Positions 50,597 through 59,401 of a stretch of 64,000 nucleotides of DNA are shown here, in pieces. The stretch is from the NCBI GenBank assembly GCA_000990585.1, contig LBQD01000002.1:56016-120015 (forward strand), given 5' to 3'. Position 1 is the stretch's first letter. Every line of letters begins with the position of its first letter. Under the pieces are notes generated by a model. It ran no database searches and was not told the origin of the DNA. It saw only the letters and a program-made list of their open reading frames with translations. This DNA is from Candidatus Moranbacteria bacterium GW2011_GWE2_35_2-. GTDB lineage: Bacteria; Patescibacteriota; Minisyncoccia; Moranbacterales; UBA9337. The position numbers and the translations under genes were made by a program.

Positions 50597-50686
50597 TGTT
50601 CTACCTCAACCTTGTTTTATTATTGCTTGTCCGCCTTTGGAGGAAACTATACCCGCCATGGAAACTATACCCGCCATCTGATATTT
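50597..50686 (-). repeat. Duplicated tRNA-His 5' fragments with a hairpin insertion
   Basis: AACTATACCCGCCAT at 50645 and 50663 matches 50561; CTTGTCCGCCTTTGGAGGA inserted between ATTG and AACT. Confidence 0.75.
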
Positions 50687-50688
50687 CG

Positions 50689-50760
50689 TACCCTCGCCAG
50701 GAATCGAACCTAGATAACCAGCTTAGAAGGCTGGTGTTCTATCCATTGAACTACGAGGGC
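50689..50760 (-). tRNA. tRNA-Arg(TCT)
   Basis: CCAGC-CTTCTAA-GCTGG; GGTTCGATTCC. Confidence 0.93.
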
Positions 50761-50818
50761 TTTGTGTATCCAGAGGGATTCCCACTCTTGCGAGTGGTCG
50801 CCCGAGAGGGCGAGAACC
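50761..50818 (-). repeat. Duplicated tRNA-Lys 3' end with a 32-bp double hairpin in the T-loop
   Basis: Sense strand GGTTC[TCGCCC TCTC GGGCGA CCACTC GCAA GAGTGG]GAATCCCTCTGGATACACAAA. Confidence 0.85.
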
Positions 50819-50822
50819 TTTG

Positions 50823-50895
50823 TGCATCCAGAGGGATTCGAACCCCCGACCATATCCTTAAGAGGGATCTGCTCTACCGACTGAGCTATGGATGC
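50823..50895 (-). tRNA. tRNA-Lys(CTT)
   Basis: Anticodon loop CTCTTAA; GGTTCGAATCC. Confidence 0.92.
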
Positions 50896-50938
50896 ATAAG
50901 ACAGTAATGATTTTATCAGTAAAAAAACAATTAGTCAA

Positions 50939-52198
50939 TTAAATCCCATTGGCTTTTTTGTATTCATTCCATTGTTTTTTCGACCAATCTTCGGGTTTTT
51001 CTGTTAGTTTACTTTCTTGCCCAGGATGTGGATATTTATTCGGTGAATCATAGTTACTACGAAAGGTTTCATCTAAAACAACTTTTCCATTGAGCGAGGT
51101 TACTTTTTGGGTAAAATAGGTTTTCATTGAACTATCAGGATTTCTTTCCGTAATATGCGGACCGTCAATTTTTACAACTCTTCCGTCATCAGTTCCATAA
51201 AATTGAAAAATTAATTCTGTCCCATTTAATTTTGTTTGAATCAAAATATTTCCCGGAGTGTTGTTAATAAAACGTAAATCCGGGAGAGGAACATAAATTG
51301 TGGCATCCATACCTTGGGGATTATAGTAAGAAACCGGATAAGCGTGATTTCTGCGCGCGGTTATTTCTAATCCACTATAAATAGCGGCGCGAAAAACGGT
51401 AGTGGAAACTTGGCAAATTCCGCCTCCAAATTCCGGCTCTGTTTTGTCATTTTTAATTACTAATTCCGGAAGGTATCCATGTTCTCCATCAACTTCACCT
51501 AAAATTTCAACAAAAGAAAATTCTTCCCCTGGAGCGAGTAATATTCCGTCGAATCTGCCGGTAGCCACTTTGATATTATGAATTCTGTTTTTAGGTGAGC
51601 CGCTAAAATTTGATTTTCCTTCCCCTATAAGATTATTTATTCCTAATTGTGAAATTTTATCTTCTTTTATCTTTGGCTCAATTTCAGTAAATGGTAATGT
51701 TATTTCTTTTGTTAAAGTTTTTTTTTCACCAATCATTGCGGATAATAGTTGGATACTTTTTGCAATGTCAAGATGGATGCCATTTTTACCGGGCGCAAAC
51801 GCAACAACTTTTTCATTTTTTATTTCTAACTTTGCATTTACGGGGTCTTTATCACAACGCCTTGCTAAGTCAGTAAGGAATGTTTCTATTTTATTATGGT
51901 TAACTTTTTGAATGTCTATGTTTTTCAAATGGTATTTTTTTTCAATGTCTTGGGAAAAAAAACAAAAAAAATCTTGCGAGTGGCAAAAATTTATATTTTC
52001 AATTTCAGAATTATAAGAATTTTTATAAACTAATTTTGTTGATATTTCAACCCATTCCGAGATTTCTTTTTTAGAAATTTCTTCTTCAAAGCTCGATACT
52101 TTCAAGATAATATTTTCTGATTCCATGGTTGCTAAAACTGGACATAGTGGTATGCCGATAAAAAAAACAAACAAACTGATTTTGATGTATAGTCTCAT
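50939..52198 (-). CDS. VanW family protein
   Basis: NRIHNI, GGGICQVSTTVFRAA, RRNHAY, DATIY, DLRFINNT. Confidence 0.9.
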   Translation of the reverse strand: MRLYIKISLFVFFIGIPLCPVLATMESENIILKVSSFEEEISKKEISEWVEISTKLVYKNSYNSEIENINFCHSQDFFCFFSQDIEKKYHLKNIDIQKVNHNKIETFLTDLARRCDKDPVNAKLEIKNEKVVAFAPGKNGIHLDIAKSIQLLSAMIGEKKTLTKEITLPFTEIEPKIKEDKISQLGINNLIGEGKSNFSGSPKNRIHNIKVATGRFDGILLAPGEEFSFVEILGEVDGEHGYLPELVIKNDKTEPEFGGGICQVSTTVFRAAIYSGLEITARRNHAYPVSYYNPQGMDATIYVPLPDLRFINNTPGNILIQTKLNGTELIFQFYGTDDGRVVKIDGPHITERNPDSSMKTYFTQKVTSLNGKVVLDETFRSNYDSPNKYPHPGQESKLTEKPEDWSKKQWNEYKKANGI

Positions 52199-52288
52199 AT
52201 TATACAGAATAAATTAAAAATTGCTTTTTAACAAGAAAACGCCAGTTTGATAAATGGCGTTTTCTTTGTTCGTTGATTTTTTTAAATA

Positions 52289-52828
52289 TTAAAACCCTCG
52301 AACTTGAATTCTTTTTACTTGGTTAGTTGCAGCCTTGGGAAGTTTGATAGTAAGAATTCCGTTTTTAAGCGAGGCTTCTGATTTGTCAGGAAGAACATCG
52401 ACTGGTAAAACAACCGAACGAGAAAACGATCCCCAATAGCATTCTTGATAGTAGTAATTCTCTTCTTCGATATCTTCTTCGGTTTTTCTTTCTCCTTTGA
52501 TGGTTACCATATCATTATTAATGGAAACTTCCAGATCTTCGGGTTTTACTCCGGCTATTGTTGATTTTATAATAATGTCATTATCAGTTTGATAAACATC
52601 GATTGTAAGTTGACCTTCTCCGTCATTGTCTCCGGTGTCATCATTACTCCATTGACGTTCCTCGTTTTGTACTCGCGCTTGATTTCGAAAAGGGTTATTG
52701 CTAGGCATTGTTATTTCTGATTCCTCGTCTTCGGAAAAAACATTCATTGCGCCCATTTCTCTTTCGTCATTTTCAATTCTTTTGGATCCAGTAAGTCTTT
52801 CCAGAAATGATTTTTTTTCTTTAGTCAT
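52289..52828 (-). CDS. Hsp20/alpha-crystallin small heat shock protein
   Basis: IDVYQT, YWGSFSRSVVLP, LKNGILTIKLPK. Confidence 0.92.
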   Translation of the reverse strand: MTKEKKSFLERLTGSKRIENDEREMGAMNVFSEDEESEITMPSNNPFRNQARVQNEERQWSNDDTGDNDGEGQLTIDVYQTDNDIIIKSTIAGVKPEDLEVSINNDMVTIKGERKTEEDIEEENYYYQECYWGSFSRSVVLPVDVLPDKSEASLKNGILTIKLPKAATNQVKRIQVRGF

Positions 52829-52920
52829 ATTTTTAAATTTTTCTTAATTTTTTTCTTATGCGCTTTTAGATGCATAAACCTTCGCATCTTTCCAGCATTC
52901 TTATTATAATTTGAAAGCGG

Positions 52921-53484
52921 TTATGATGCAAGTTTGTGTTTGGCTGTGAATAAGTTCCAGATATTGAGCAAAATAATTATGGCAAGTAGAAGAGGGATAG
53001 CTAATGGGAATGTTTTTTCTCCCAACAGGACAATTAAATTGTATAAGGAATGAATGAAGAATGTGAATAAAACGGGTTTTAGGGTGATTTTGTTTGGAAT
53101 TGAATAATATGCGATTATGCCAAAAGTGGCAATATGCAGAATGGCTATTTGTATTAATATTTGAGTGGTAAAAAATTCCAAAGGAGAAAAATTGTAAATA
53201 AAAGTCAATTCAACAAAAGAAAATCCTGCTCCGGCAATAAAAGTATTCAATAGTGCCGATTTTTCTTTGGAATATAGCAGGATTTTTTTTGAAATTATGA
53301 TGTATTTTGATATTTCCTCAATCAAGACAAATAGGAAAATAGAAAAGGAAAAATGAGTAAAAACAGTTGAAAAATAGGCAGGGGAGAATATTATTCCGAG
53401 AAAAGTTTGCAATAGAATTTCTGCAATTAAAGCAAAGCCAGCGGCAAAAATTCCCCAGAAAAAAGATTGAATTATTTTTTGCAT
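52921..53484 (-). CDS. PrsW-like intramembrane metalloprotease
   Basis: IEEISKY, GAGFSFVE, LH, HSLYN. Confidence 0.75.
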   Translation of the reverse strand: MQKIIQSFFWGIFAAGFALIAEILLQTFLGIIFSPAYFSTVFTHFSFSIFLFVLIEEISKYIIISKKILLYSKEKSALLNTFIAGAGFSFVELTFIYNFSPLEFFTTQILIQIAILHIATFGIIAYYSIPNKITLKPVLFTFFIHSLYNLIVLLGEKTFPLAIPLLLAIIILLNIWNLFTAKHKLAS

Positions 53485-53488
53485 TTTA

Positions 53489-56191
53489 TTATTTCAATTT
53501 CTCAAGATATTTTTCCAGCTCGGAGATTTTTATTTGCGCTTCTTTTAATTTTTTCTGTTCTTGCGCGACAATTTGGGCGGGCGCTTTTTGAACGAAAGAT
53601 TTGTTGTTTAATCTGCTTTCCATATCTGAAATATATTTTTTTAGATTTTCAATTTCTTTTTCGGCAGCGGTTTTTTCTTTTTGAATGTCGATCAATCCTT
53701 CCAGTGGAATAAAAATGTTGACTCCGGCAACAACTGTATGAGCGCAGTCGCTTGGTTTTTCTCCAGTTTCAATAATTTCAATTTTTTCAACTCCGGTGCG
53801 AAGATTTTTGATTAAATTTTCTTGAGAATTAAGCAAGTCTTTATTTTTTATCAAGCCAAATTCTACGGAATTTTTTGTGTCAAAAACAACTTTTATTTTT
53901 TTACCGGGTTCGATTTTGTTTTCACTGCGTAAGTTCCGAATGGCGATTATAATTTCTTTTATCAGATCAAATCTCATTTCGTCCGTTTGGGTTGCACTAG
54001 CAAGTTTCCAATAGCTTTCTTTTTCAGGATATTTTTCCGATATAAGCAGGGTTTCTTTCCCTAAAATACTCCAAATATTTTCCGTGACAAAAGGGGCGTA
54101 AGGGTGAATAATTTTCAAAATATCTTCCAGTAGCATGTTTAAGATGATATTTTTTTCCGTTTTATTGTTTTCAAATTTGCTTACTTCAACATACCAATCG
54201 GCGAAATCATTCCAAACAAATTCTCTTATTTTTTCTATTGCCAGGGAAAAATTATAAGTTTCTATTTCATTTATTATTTCTTCAATCAGATTCGACATTT
54301 TCTGCAATATCCAAAAGTCCGCCAAAGTCAGCTTGTTTTTGTTCAATTCCTGATTTATGATTTTCGATTCCTGATTTTTATTGATGATATATCGGCTAAT
54401 GTTCCAAAGTTTATTGATGAAATTTCGGGCGCTTTCGATTTTTTCTTGGTAAAATTTACTGTCGCTTCCCGGAGAAATTCCTGAAATTAAACTAAGACGA
54501 AGTGCGTCCGTTCCATATTTTTTTGAAATATCAATCGGATCGATGTTATTTCCGGCTGATTTGGAAAATTTGTCTCCTTTTTCATTGCGAAGCATTCCGT
54601 GAATGTAGACATTTTTAAAAGGGATTTCATTCAGGCAATAGGTGCTCATTAAAATCATCCTTGCCATCCAAAAGAATAAAAGCTCCGAACCCATCTGCAT
54701 CCAGCTGGTTGGGTGGAAAATTCCCCTTTCTTTTTCGGTGAGGGTGGAAAATGTCCAAAGTCCACTGGAAAACCAAGTATCAAGGGTGTCCGGATCTTGT
54801 TTTACAGTGCCTCCGCAGAGGGGACATTTCTCCATGTCGGATCCGCTTACGAAAGGTTTTTGACAATCCGGATTTTGGCAATACCAAACAGGGAGTCTAT
54901 GCCCCCACCAAACTTGGCGGGAAATGCACCAATCGCGCAAATTATCAATCCAATTGAAATATATTTTCTCAAATCTGCTCGGAGTTATGGTTATTTTTTG
55001 CGTGCTTTCATTATTCAGTCCTGTTTCGACAGCTTCTTTCATCAATTCTTTAAGGGTTTTGTTTTTGCCGGGAATTTTTTTGTTGACGGCGACAAACCAT
55101 TGAGTCATTGGCAGAACCTCCACGATATCCCCAAAACGGTCGGAAGTGCTGACATTTTGCGTAATTTCTTCTTCTTTTTCGAGTAGTCCTGCGCTTTTTA
55201 TCCACGCAACTATTTTTTCTCTAGCTTCTTTGACAACGAAGTTTTGATATTGACCCGCTTTTTCGTTCATTTTTCCATTTTGGTCGATAACCTGAATAAG
55301 TTTAATTTCATTGCCGGCCGAAATTTGTTTTTCGCGCATTTCGAAATCAACCATTGAGTGAGCGGGTGTTACGCCAACCGCTCCGGTTCCAAAATTCATA
55401 TCAACCGAATCTTCGGCAATAATTTTTATTTTCAAATCGATTCCGCTTCCGGCAAAGTCATGAACTTCAAATGTTTGCCCGATATATTTTACGTACCTTT
55501 CGTCTTTCGGATTGACTGCAACGGCGGTGTCGCCCAGTTTTGTTTCCGGACGGGTGGTGGCGATGGCAATCGGAAAGTTTTGGCAGTATTTGAAGGTATA
55601 TATTTTTCCAATTCTTTCTTTGTATTCAAGTTCATCGTCCGAGCAGGTGGATTGTCCTTTGACCGACCAATTAACCACGCGATGTCCTCGGTAAATGAGT
55701 CCGTCTGTGTACATTTTTTGAAAAACTTCATTAACTATTTTGCTTCGGGTTTCGTCGAAAGTGTATGCCAGACGCGACCAATCGCAACTCGTTCCCATTT
55801 TTCGGATTTGTTGCAAAATGGTGGATTTGGAATTCTCGGCAAAAGAACGAATTTCTTCCAAAAGTTTTTCCCGACCCAATTCTTTTCGCGGGTCTTTAAT
55901 TCCTCTTTCAATAAGAATTTTTTCCACTTTGGCCTGTGTGGCAACGGCCGCATGGTCAGTTCCGGGAAGAAGTAAAACCTTTTTCCCTTGCATTCTCTGG
56001 TAGCGAGCCATGATGTCCATCAGGGTATTTTCCATGGCGTGTCCCAAATGCAAAACACCGGTCACATTAGGAGGGGGCATCATGATTGAATAAGGCTCAC
56101 CTTCTAGGTTGTCCGGATTGAAAAAACCGGAATCTTCCCATTTTTGGTATATCCTATCCTCGTTTTCTTGAGGATCATATTGTTTTTCCAT
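53489..56191 (-). CDS. valS: Valine--tRNA ligase
   Basis: PPPNVTGVLHLGH, DWCISRQVWWGH, KFSKS (KMSKS variant), C-terminal coiled coil. Confidence 0.96.
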   Translation of the reverse strand: MEKQYDPQENEDRIYQKWEDSGFFNPDNLEGEPYSIMMPPPNVTGVLHLGHAMENTLMDIMARYQRMQGKKVLLLPGTDHAAVATQAKVEKILIERGIKDPRKELGREKLLEEIRSFAENSKSTILQQIRKMGTSCDWSRLAYTFDETRSKIVNEVFQKMYTDGLIYRGHRVVNWSVKGQSTCSDDELEYKERIGKIYTFKYCQNFPIAIATTRPETKLGDTAVAVNPKDERYVKYIGQTFEVHDFAGSGIDLKIKIIAEDSVDMNFGTGAVGVTPAHSMVDFEMREKQISAGNEIKLIQVIDQNGKMNEKAGQYQNFVVKEAREKIVAWIKSAGLLEKEEEITQNVSTSDRFGDIVEVLPMTQWFVAVNKKIPGKNKTLKELMKEAVETGLNNESTQKITITPSRFEKIYFNWIDNLRDWCISRQVWWGHRLPVWYCQNPDCQKPFVSGSDMEKCPLCGGTVKQDPDTLDTWFSSGLWTFSTLTEKERGIFHPTSWMQMGSELLFFWMARMILMSTYCLNEIPFKNVYIHGMLRNEKGDKFSKSAGNNIDPIDISKKYGTDALRLSLISGISPGSDSKFYQEKIESARNFINKLWNISRYIINKNQESKIINQELNKNKLTLADFWILQKMSNLIEEIINEIETYNFSLAIEKIREFVWNDFADWYVEVSKFENNKTEKNIILNMLLEDILKIIHPYAPFVTENIWSILGKETLLISEKYPEKESYWKLASATQTDEMRFDLIKEIIIAIRNLRSENKIEPGKKIKVVFDTKNSVEFGLIKNKDLLNSQENLIKNLRTGVEKIEIIETGEKPSDCAHTVVAGVNIFIPLEGLIDIQKEKTAAEKEIENLKKYISDMESRLNNKSFVQKAPAQIVAQEQKKLKEAQIKISELEKYLEKLK

Positions 56192-56288
56192 GATATTTTC
56201 TGCGAGCTACAAATAATATTTTTTCAATATTGTTATATTATCAGTAAACAAGGGAAAATTCAAGTAATTAGCTTTGCACGAGCTTTGT

Positions 56289-56346
56289 TTGACAAAAACC
56301 TTGGTGGGTGTAAAATATATATTCTGATTATGAAAGTTCTTTACAC
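56289..56346 (+). promoter_or_regulatory. Promoter + boxA-like motif of an orphan gene
   Basis: TTGACA-16-TAAAAT followed by AGTTCTTTACAC. Confidence 0.5.
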
Positions 56347-56411
56347 GGGTTAATTTGCGATTCAGGTTGCTTTAAATATATAAACCAAAAAACGATTAGG
56401 AGGACAGAAAA

Positions 56412-56885
56412 GTGGACAAAATACTAGAAGAGAAGGTCGGAAACGAATGGAATCCTATTGTTTACGTCGACCGCACTGGCCGTCCTGCGTATCCGGATTT
56501 CGTAAAAGAGGTAAAACATTTGAAGCTCGAGCTTGTCGGTCCTACGGATTTCGATGTAAGAAAAATTGAGCTGTGGCTTCACTCCAAGCAGGTGAATGGT
56601 TGTGCCATAGGCACCGAGATCTACGAAGATCTTCTTACCAAGAAATTGCTTGAAGGCTGTCTCGGTTTCGCTGATCTTCAGGTTATACAGGAGAGAGGTA
56701 TCGGATTTTTTAGGAAGTACTTTTTTGGTAAATCAGTGTTCGGCTGGAAGTCTGTCGTTCTGGATTGTCGTGGCAGACTCAATGTCCCATATCTCTTCGA
56801 GGGTGGCGACGAGGTGGAATTGTTATGGCGCTGGCTTGACGATGACTTCTATTCCCACAACCCTGCCTTGCGTTTTGCAAATTAG
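56412..56885 (+). CDS. Hypothetical protein with DGR variable-region-like C-terminus
   Basis: SD AGGAGG; ends VPYLFEGGDEVELLWRWLDDDFYSHNPALRFAN. Confidence 0.7.
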   Translation: MDKILEEKVGNEWNPIVYVDRTGRPAYPDFVKEVKHLKLELVGPTDFDVRKIELWLHSKQVNGCAIGTEIYEDLLTKKLLEGCLGFADLQVIQERGIGFFRKYFFGKSVFGWKSVVLDCRGRLNVPYLFEGGDEVELLWRWLDDDFYSHNPALRFAN

Positions 56886-57047
56886 CTCTCAAGATTTTGT
56901 TTTCTAGATCTAGCTCTCTTGAAAATTAGTCCTCGTGGCGAATTTTTTGAGCCTTACATTGAATATTCCATGTAAGGCTTTTTTTATGCTAAAACAAAAT
57001 AGTTATTAGTAAGACGTTTAGCTGATTACGATAAGAATTATGTAAGT

Positions 57048-58304
57048 TTATCCTAGTTTCAAATTCGCGTCGGCTTCCAGATTTTTCCAGTTTTGCTGGG
57101 CGTTTTCTTTTTCTTGGGCGGACATTTTTTGCCAGCGAAAAGCGGCGGCGCTAGCGATCATGGCGGCGTTGTCGCCGGTTAGTGAAATATCCGGAATTAT
57201 ATAGGAGGTGGCGGGTAATTTTTCTTCTATATTTTTTCCCAGTTGTTTGCGAAGCTCTTTATTGGCACTCACTCCACCGGCAAGCATTATTGTTTTGGGG
57301 TTGTACTGCTGGGCGGCTTTGATGGTTTTGTGGACAAGGACATCGATGGCGGCTTGCTGGAATTCACAAGCCATTTCTTCAATGACCAATGACCAATTAT
57401 CAATTTTCGATTTATTTTCTTGAAATTTTTTCATTTGGTACAAGACCGCGGTTTTAAGTCCGGAAAAAGAAAAATTGAAATCTTTCGAGTGTAGCATCGG
57501 ACGGGGCAGCTTTATTTTATGGGAAGAATTTGTTTTTGATTTTGAAATTTTGTCATTGGAAATTGTTTGGAAATTGGAAATTGGAAATTTGAAATTTGCA
57601 GCAGCAGCTGCTGCAATAGCTGGTCCTCCTGGATATCCCAAATCCAGAATTCTCGCCACTTTGTCAAAAGCTTCGCCGGCGGCATCATCCAATGTTTGTC
57701 CGACGATTTCATATTGCAGATGATCCTTCATCAAAACTAATTGCGTGTGGCCACCGGAAACGACCAAGCATAAGACAGGGAATTTTATACTGGAATTTTT
57801 AATTTTTAATTTGTAATTTTTATTGAATTTTAAATTATTTAATTTTGAACTAATATGTTTTTGTTTTGAAATTTGATTATTTGAACTTGAAAATTGTTTG
57901 GAAATTGGAAATTGAGAATTGGAAATTTCGCCAATGAAATTGGCGTATATGTGTCCTTCAATATGATGAATTCCAAGAAGCGGTTTTTTCCATTTGTATG
58001 CTAATGTCTTCGCGGTGTTGGTGCCGACAAGAAGTGCCGGAATAAGTCCCGGTCCGGCGGTAACGGCAATTAGGTCAATTTCTTTGGGAGTAATTTTAGT
58101 AGTGTCGAGAGCTTCTTTGAGGACGGGAAGAATATTTTTGAGATGTTCGCGCGCCGCCAAATTCGGCACTACGCCGCCCCATTTAGCATGAAGTTTTACT
58201 TGTGAAGAAACGATATTGGAAAGCACGTTCAAATTGTCATTATCAAAACTAATGACAGCAATCGCGGTTTCATCACAAGATGTTTCGATGGATAAAATAT
58301 TCAT
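57048..58304 (-). CDS. tsaD: tRNA threonylcarbamoyladenosine transferase TsaD with low-complexity insertions
   Basis: IETSCDET, HHIEGH, VSGGHT, DDAAGEAFDKVA, FSFSGLKT, DNAAMI. Confidence 0.95.
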   Translation of the reverse strand: MNILSIETSCDETAIAVISFDNDNLNVLSNIVSSQVKLHAKWGGVVPNLAAREHLKNILPVLKEALDTTKITPKEIDLIAVTAGPGLIPALLVGTNTAKTLAYKWKKPLLGIHHIEGHIYANFIGEISNSQFPISKQFSSSNNQISKQKHISSKLNNLKFNKNYKLKIKNSSIKFPVLCLVVSGGHTQLVLMKDHLQYEIVGQTLDDAAGEAFDKVARILDLGYPGGPAIAAAAAANFKFPISNFQTISNDKISKSKTNSSHKIKLPRPMLHSKDFNFSFSGLKTAVLYQMKKFQENKSKIDNWSLVIEEMACEFQQAAIDVLVHKTIKAAQQYNPKTIMLAGGVSANKELRKQLGKNIEEKLPATSYIIPDISLTGDNAAMIASAAAFRWQKMSAQEKENAQQNWKNLEADANLKLG

Positions 58305-58345
58305 ATATCTATTCTAACATAAAACCGCCCTCAGGCGGCTCATTT

Positions 58346-58400
58346 TGGTAGCGCTACGGAGAATCCCAGTCCGCTGGTCACCCGTCAGGGAGAGAACTCC
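58346..58400 (-). repeat. Duplicated tRNA-Glu 3' end with a 28-bp double hairpin in the T-loop
   Basis: Sense strand GGAGTTC[TCTCCC TGAC GGGTGA CCAG CGGA CTGG]GATTCTCCGTAGCGCTACCA. Confidence 0.85.
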
Positions 58401-58406
58401 TCTTGA

Positions 58407-58481
58407 TGGTAGCGCTACGGAGAATCGAACTCCGGTTACCAGGATGAAAACCTGGTGTCCTAACCACTAGACGATAGCGCC
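58407..58481 (-). tRNA. tRNA-Glu(TTC), CCA encoded
   Basis: CCAGG-TTTTCAT-CCTGG; GAGTTCGATTCTC; ends ACCA. Confidence 0.95.
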
Positions 58482-58561
58482 TTGCATATTATGTTTATAT
58501 CATCAAAAACCTAATTTTTAATAATATTTTTCTTATTTGATAATCTCTCCTTTGAGCATCG

Positions 58562-58634
58562 AGGATGCCACCCTGGCGGGTGGTCACCTGTTAGGGTGAA
58601 AAACCTGGTGTCCTAACCACTAGACGATAGCGCC
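58562..58634 (-). repeat. Duplicated tRNA-Glu 5' half with a 32-bp double hairpin in the anticodon
   Basis: Sense strand GGCGCTATCGTCTAGTGGTTAGGACACCAGGTTTT[TCACCC TAAC AGGTGA CCACCC GCCA GGGTGG]CATCCT. Confidence 0.85.
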
Positions 58635-58728
58635 AAAATTGAAATTTAACTTTATCCAGCATAACACAGATAAAAAATAAATCAAGGGTTAGTGGCAGAT
58701 TTTTTATTTTGGGTGTAAAATTACAATT

Positions 58729-59340
58729 ATGGAGCAAACAGGACAACAAATTTTTCAATTTCTTTCCCAATATGGGTATTGGGTGATGTTGCCTTTGATG
58801 ATTGTCGAAGGACCGATAGCGACTATTTTTGCGGCGACTTTGGCGGCACTCGGTGCTTTTAATGTTTGGATTGTGCTTATCTTTTCGATTTTGGGAGATT
58901 CGGTCGGAGATGTTTTGCTTTATGGTGCCGGATATAGGTGGGGAATGGGATTTGTGCGGAATTTTGGAAAATATATCGGCATTACGGAAAAATTGGTTCT
59001 CAAAATGGAAAAATATTTTGCCAGTCATGGAGGAAAAACTATTTTCGCGGTCAAATCGACCACCGGACTTTGCTGGGCGACTTTTACGGCGGCAGGGATC
59101 GTGAAAATGGATTTTCGAAAGTTTTTGAAATATTCTATTTTAGGCGGGGTGGTATGGAGCGGATTTTTGGTGGCGATGGGATATTTTTACGGCTATCTGT
59201 GGAGGGAAATCAGCCAATACATCGATTGGATCGGCTGGGCAATTGGAGGAGTAGCAGTAGTTTCATTTTTCGGCATAACTTTGTACAAAAAATACGAATC
59301 CAAAGAACTTTTTAAAAATAATAATGGAAATAATATATAA
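58729..59340 (+). CDS. DedA family membrane protein
   Basis: YGYWVM..VEGP, LGDSVGDVLLYGAG, AGIVKMDFRKF. Confidence 0.88.
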   Translation: MEQTGQQIFQFLSQYGYWVMLPLMIVEGPIATIFAATLAALGAFNVWIVLIFSILGDSVGDVLLYGAGYRWGMGFVRNFGKYIGITEKLVLKMEKYFASHGGKTIFAVKSTTGLCWATFTAAGIVKMDFRKFLKYSILGGVVWSGFLVAMGYFYGYLWREISQYIDWIGWAIGGVAVVSFFGITLYKKYESKELFKNNNGNNI

Positions 59341-59401
59341 AAAAGTAGAAGTATAAGATCCTGCTTTTTTTCTTGTCCAAAATTGAAAAATGGCATAAGA
59401 T

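Noticed and set aside
58346-58634. Split or intron-containing tRNA-Glu
   Set aside because: The two fragments together lack the end of the anticodon stem and the variable loop, no BHB or group I features are visible, and an intact gene lies between them
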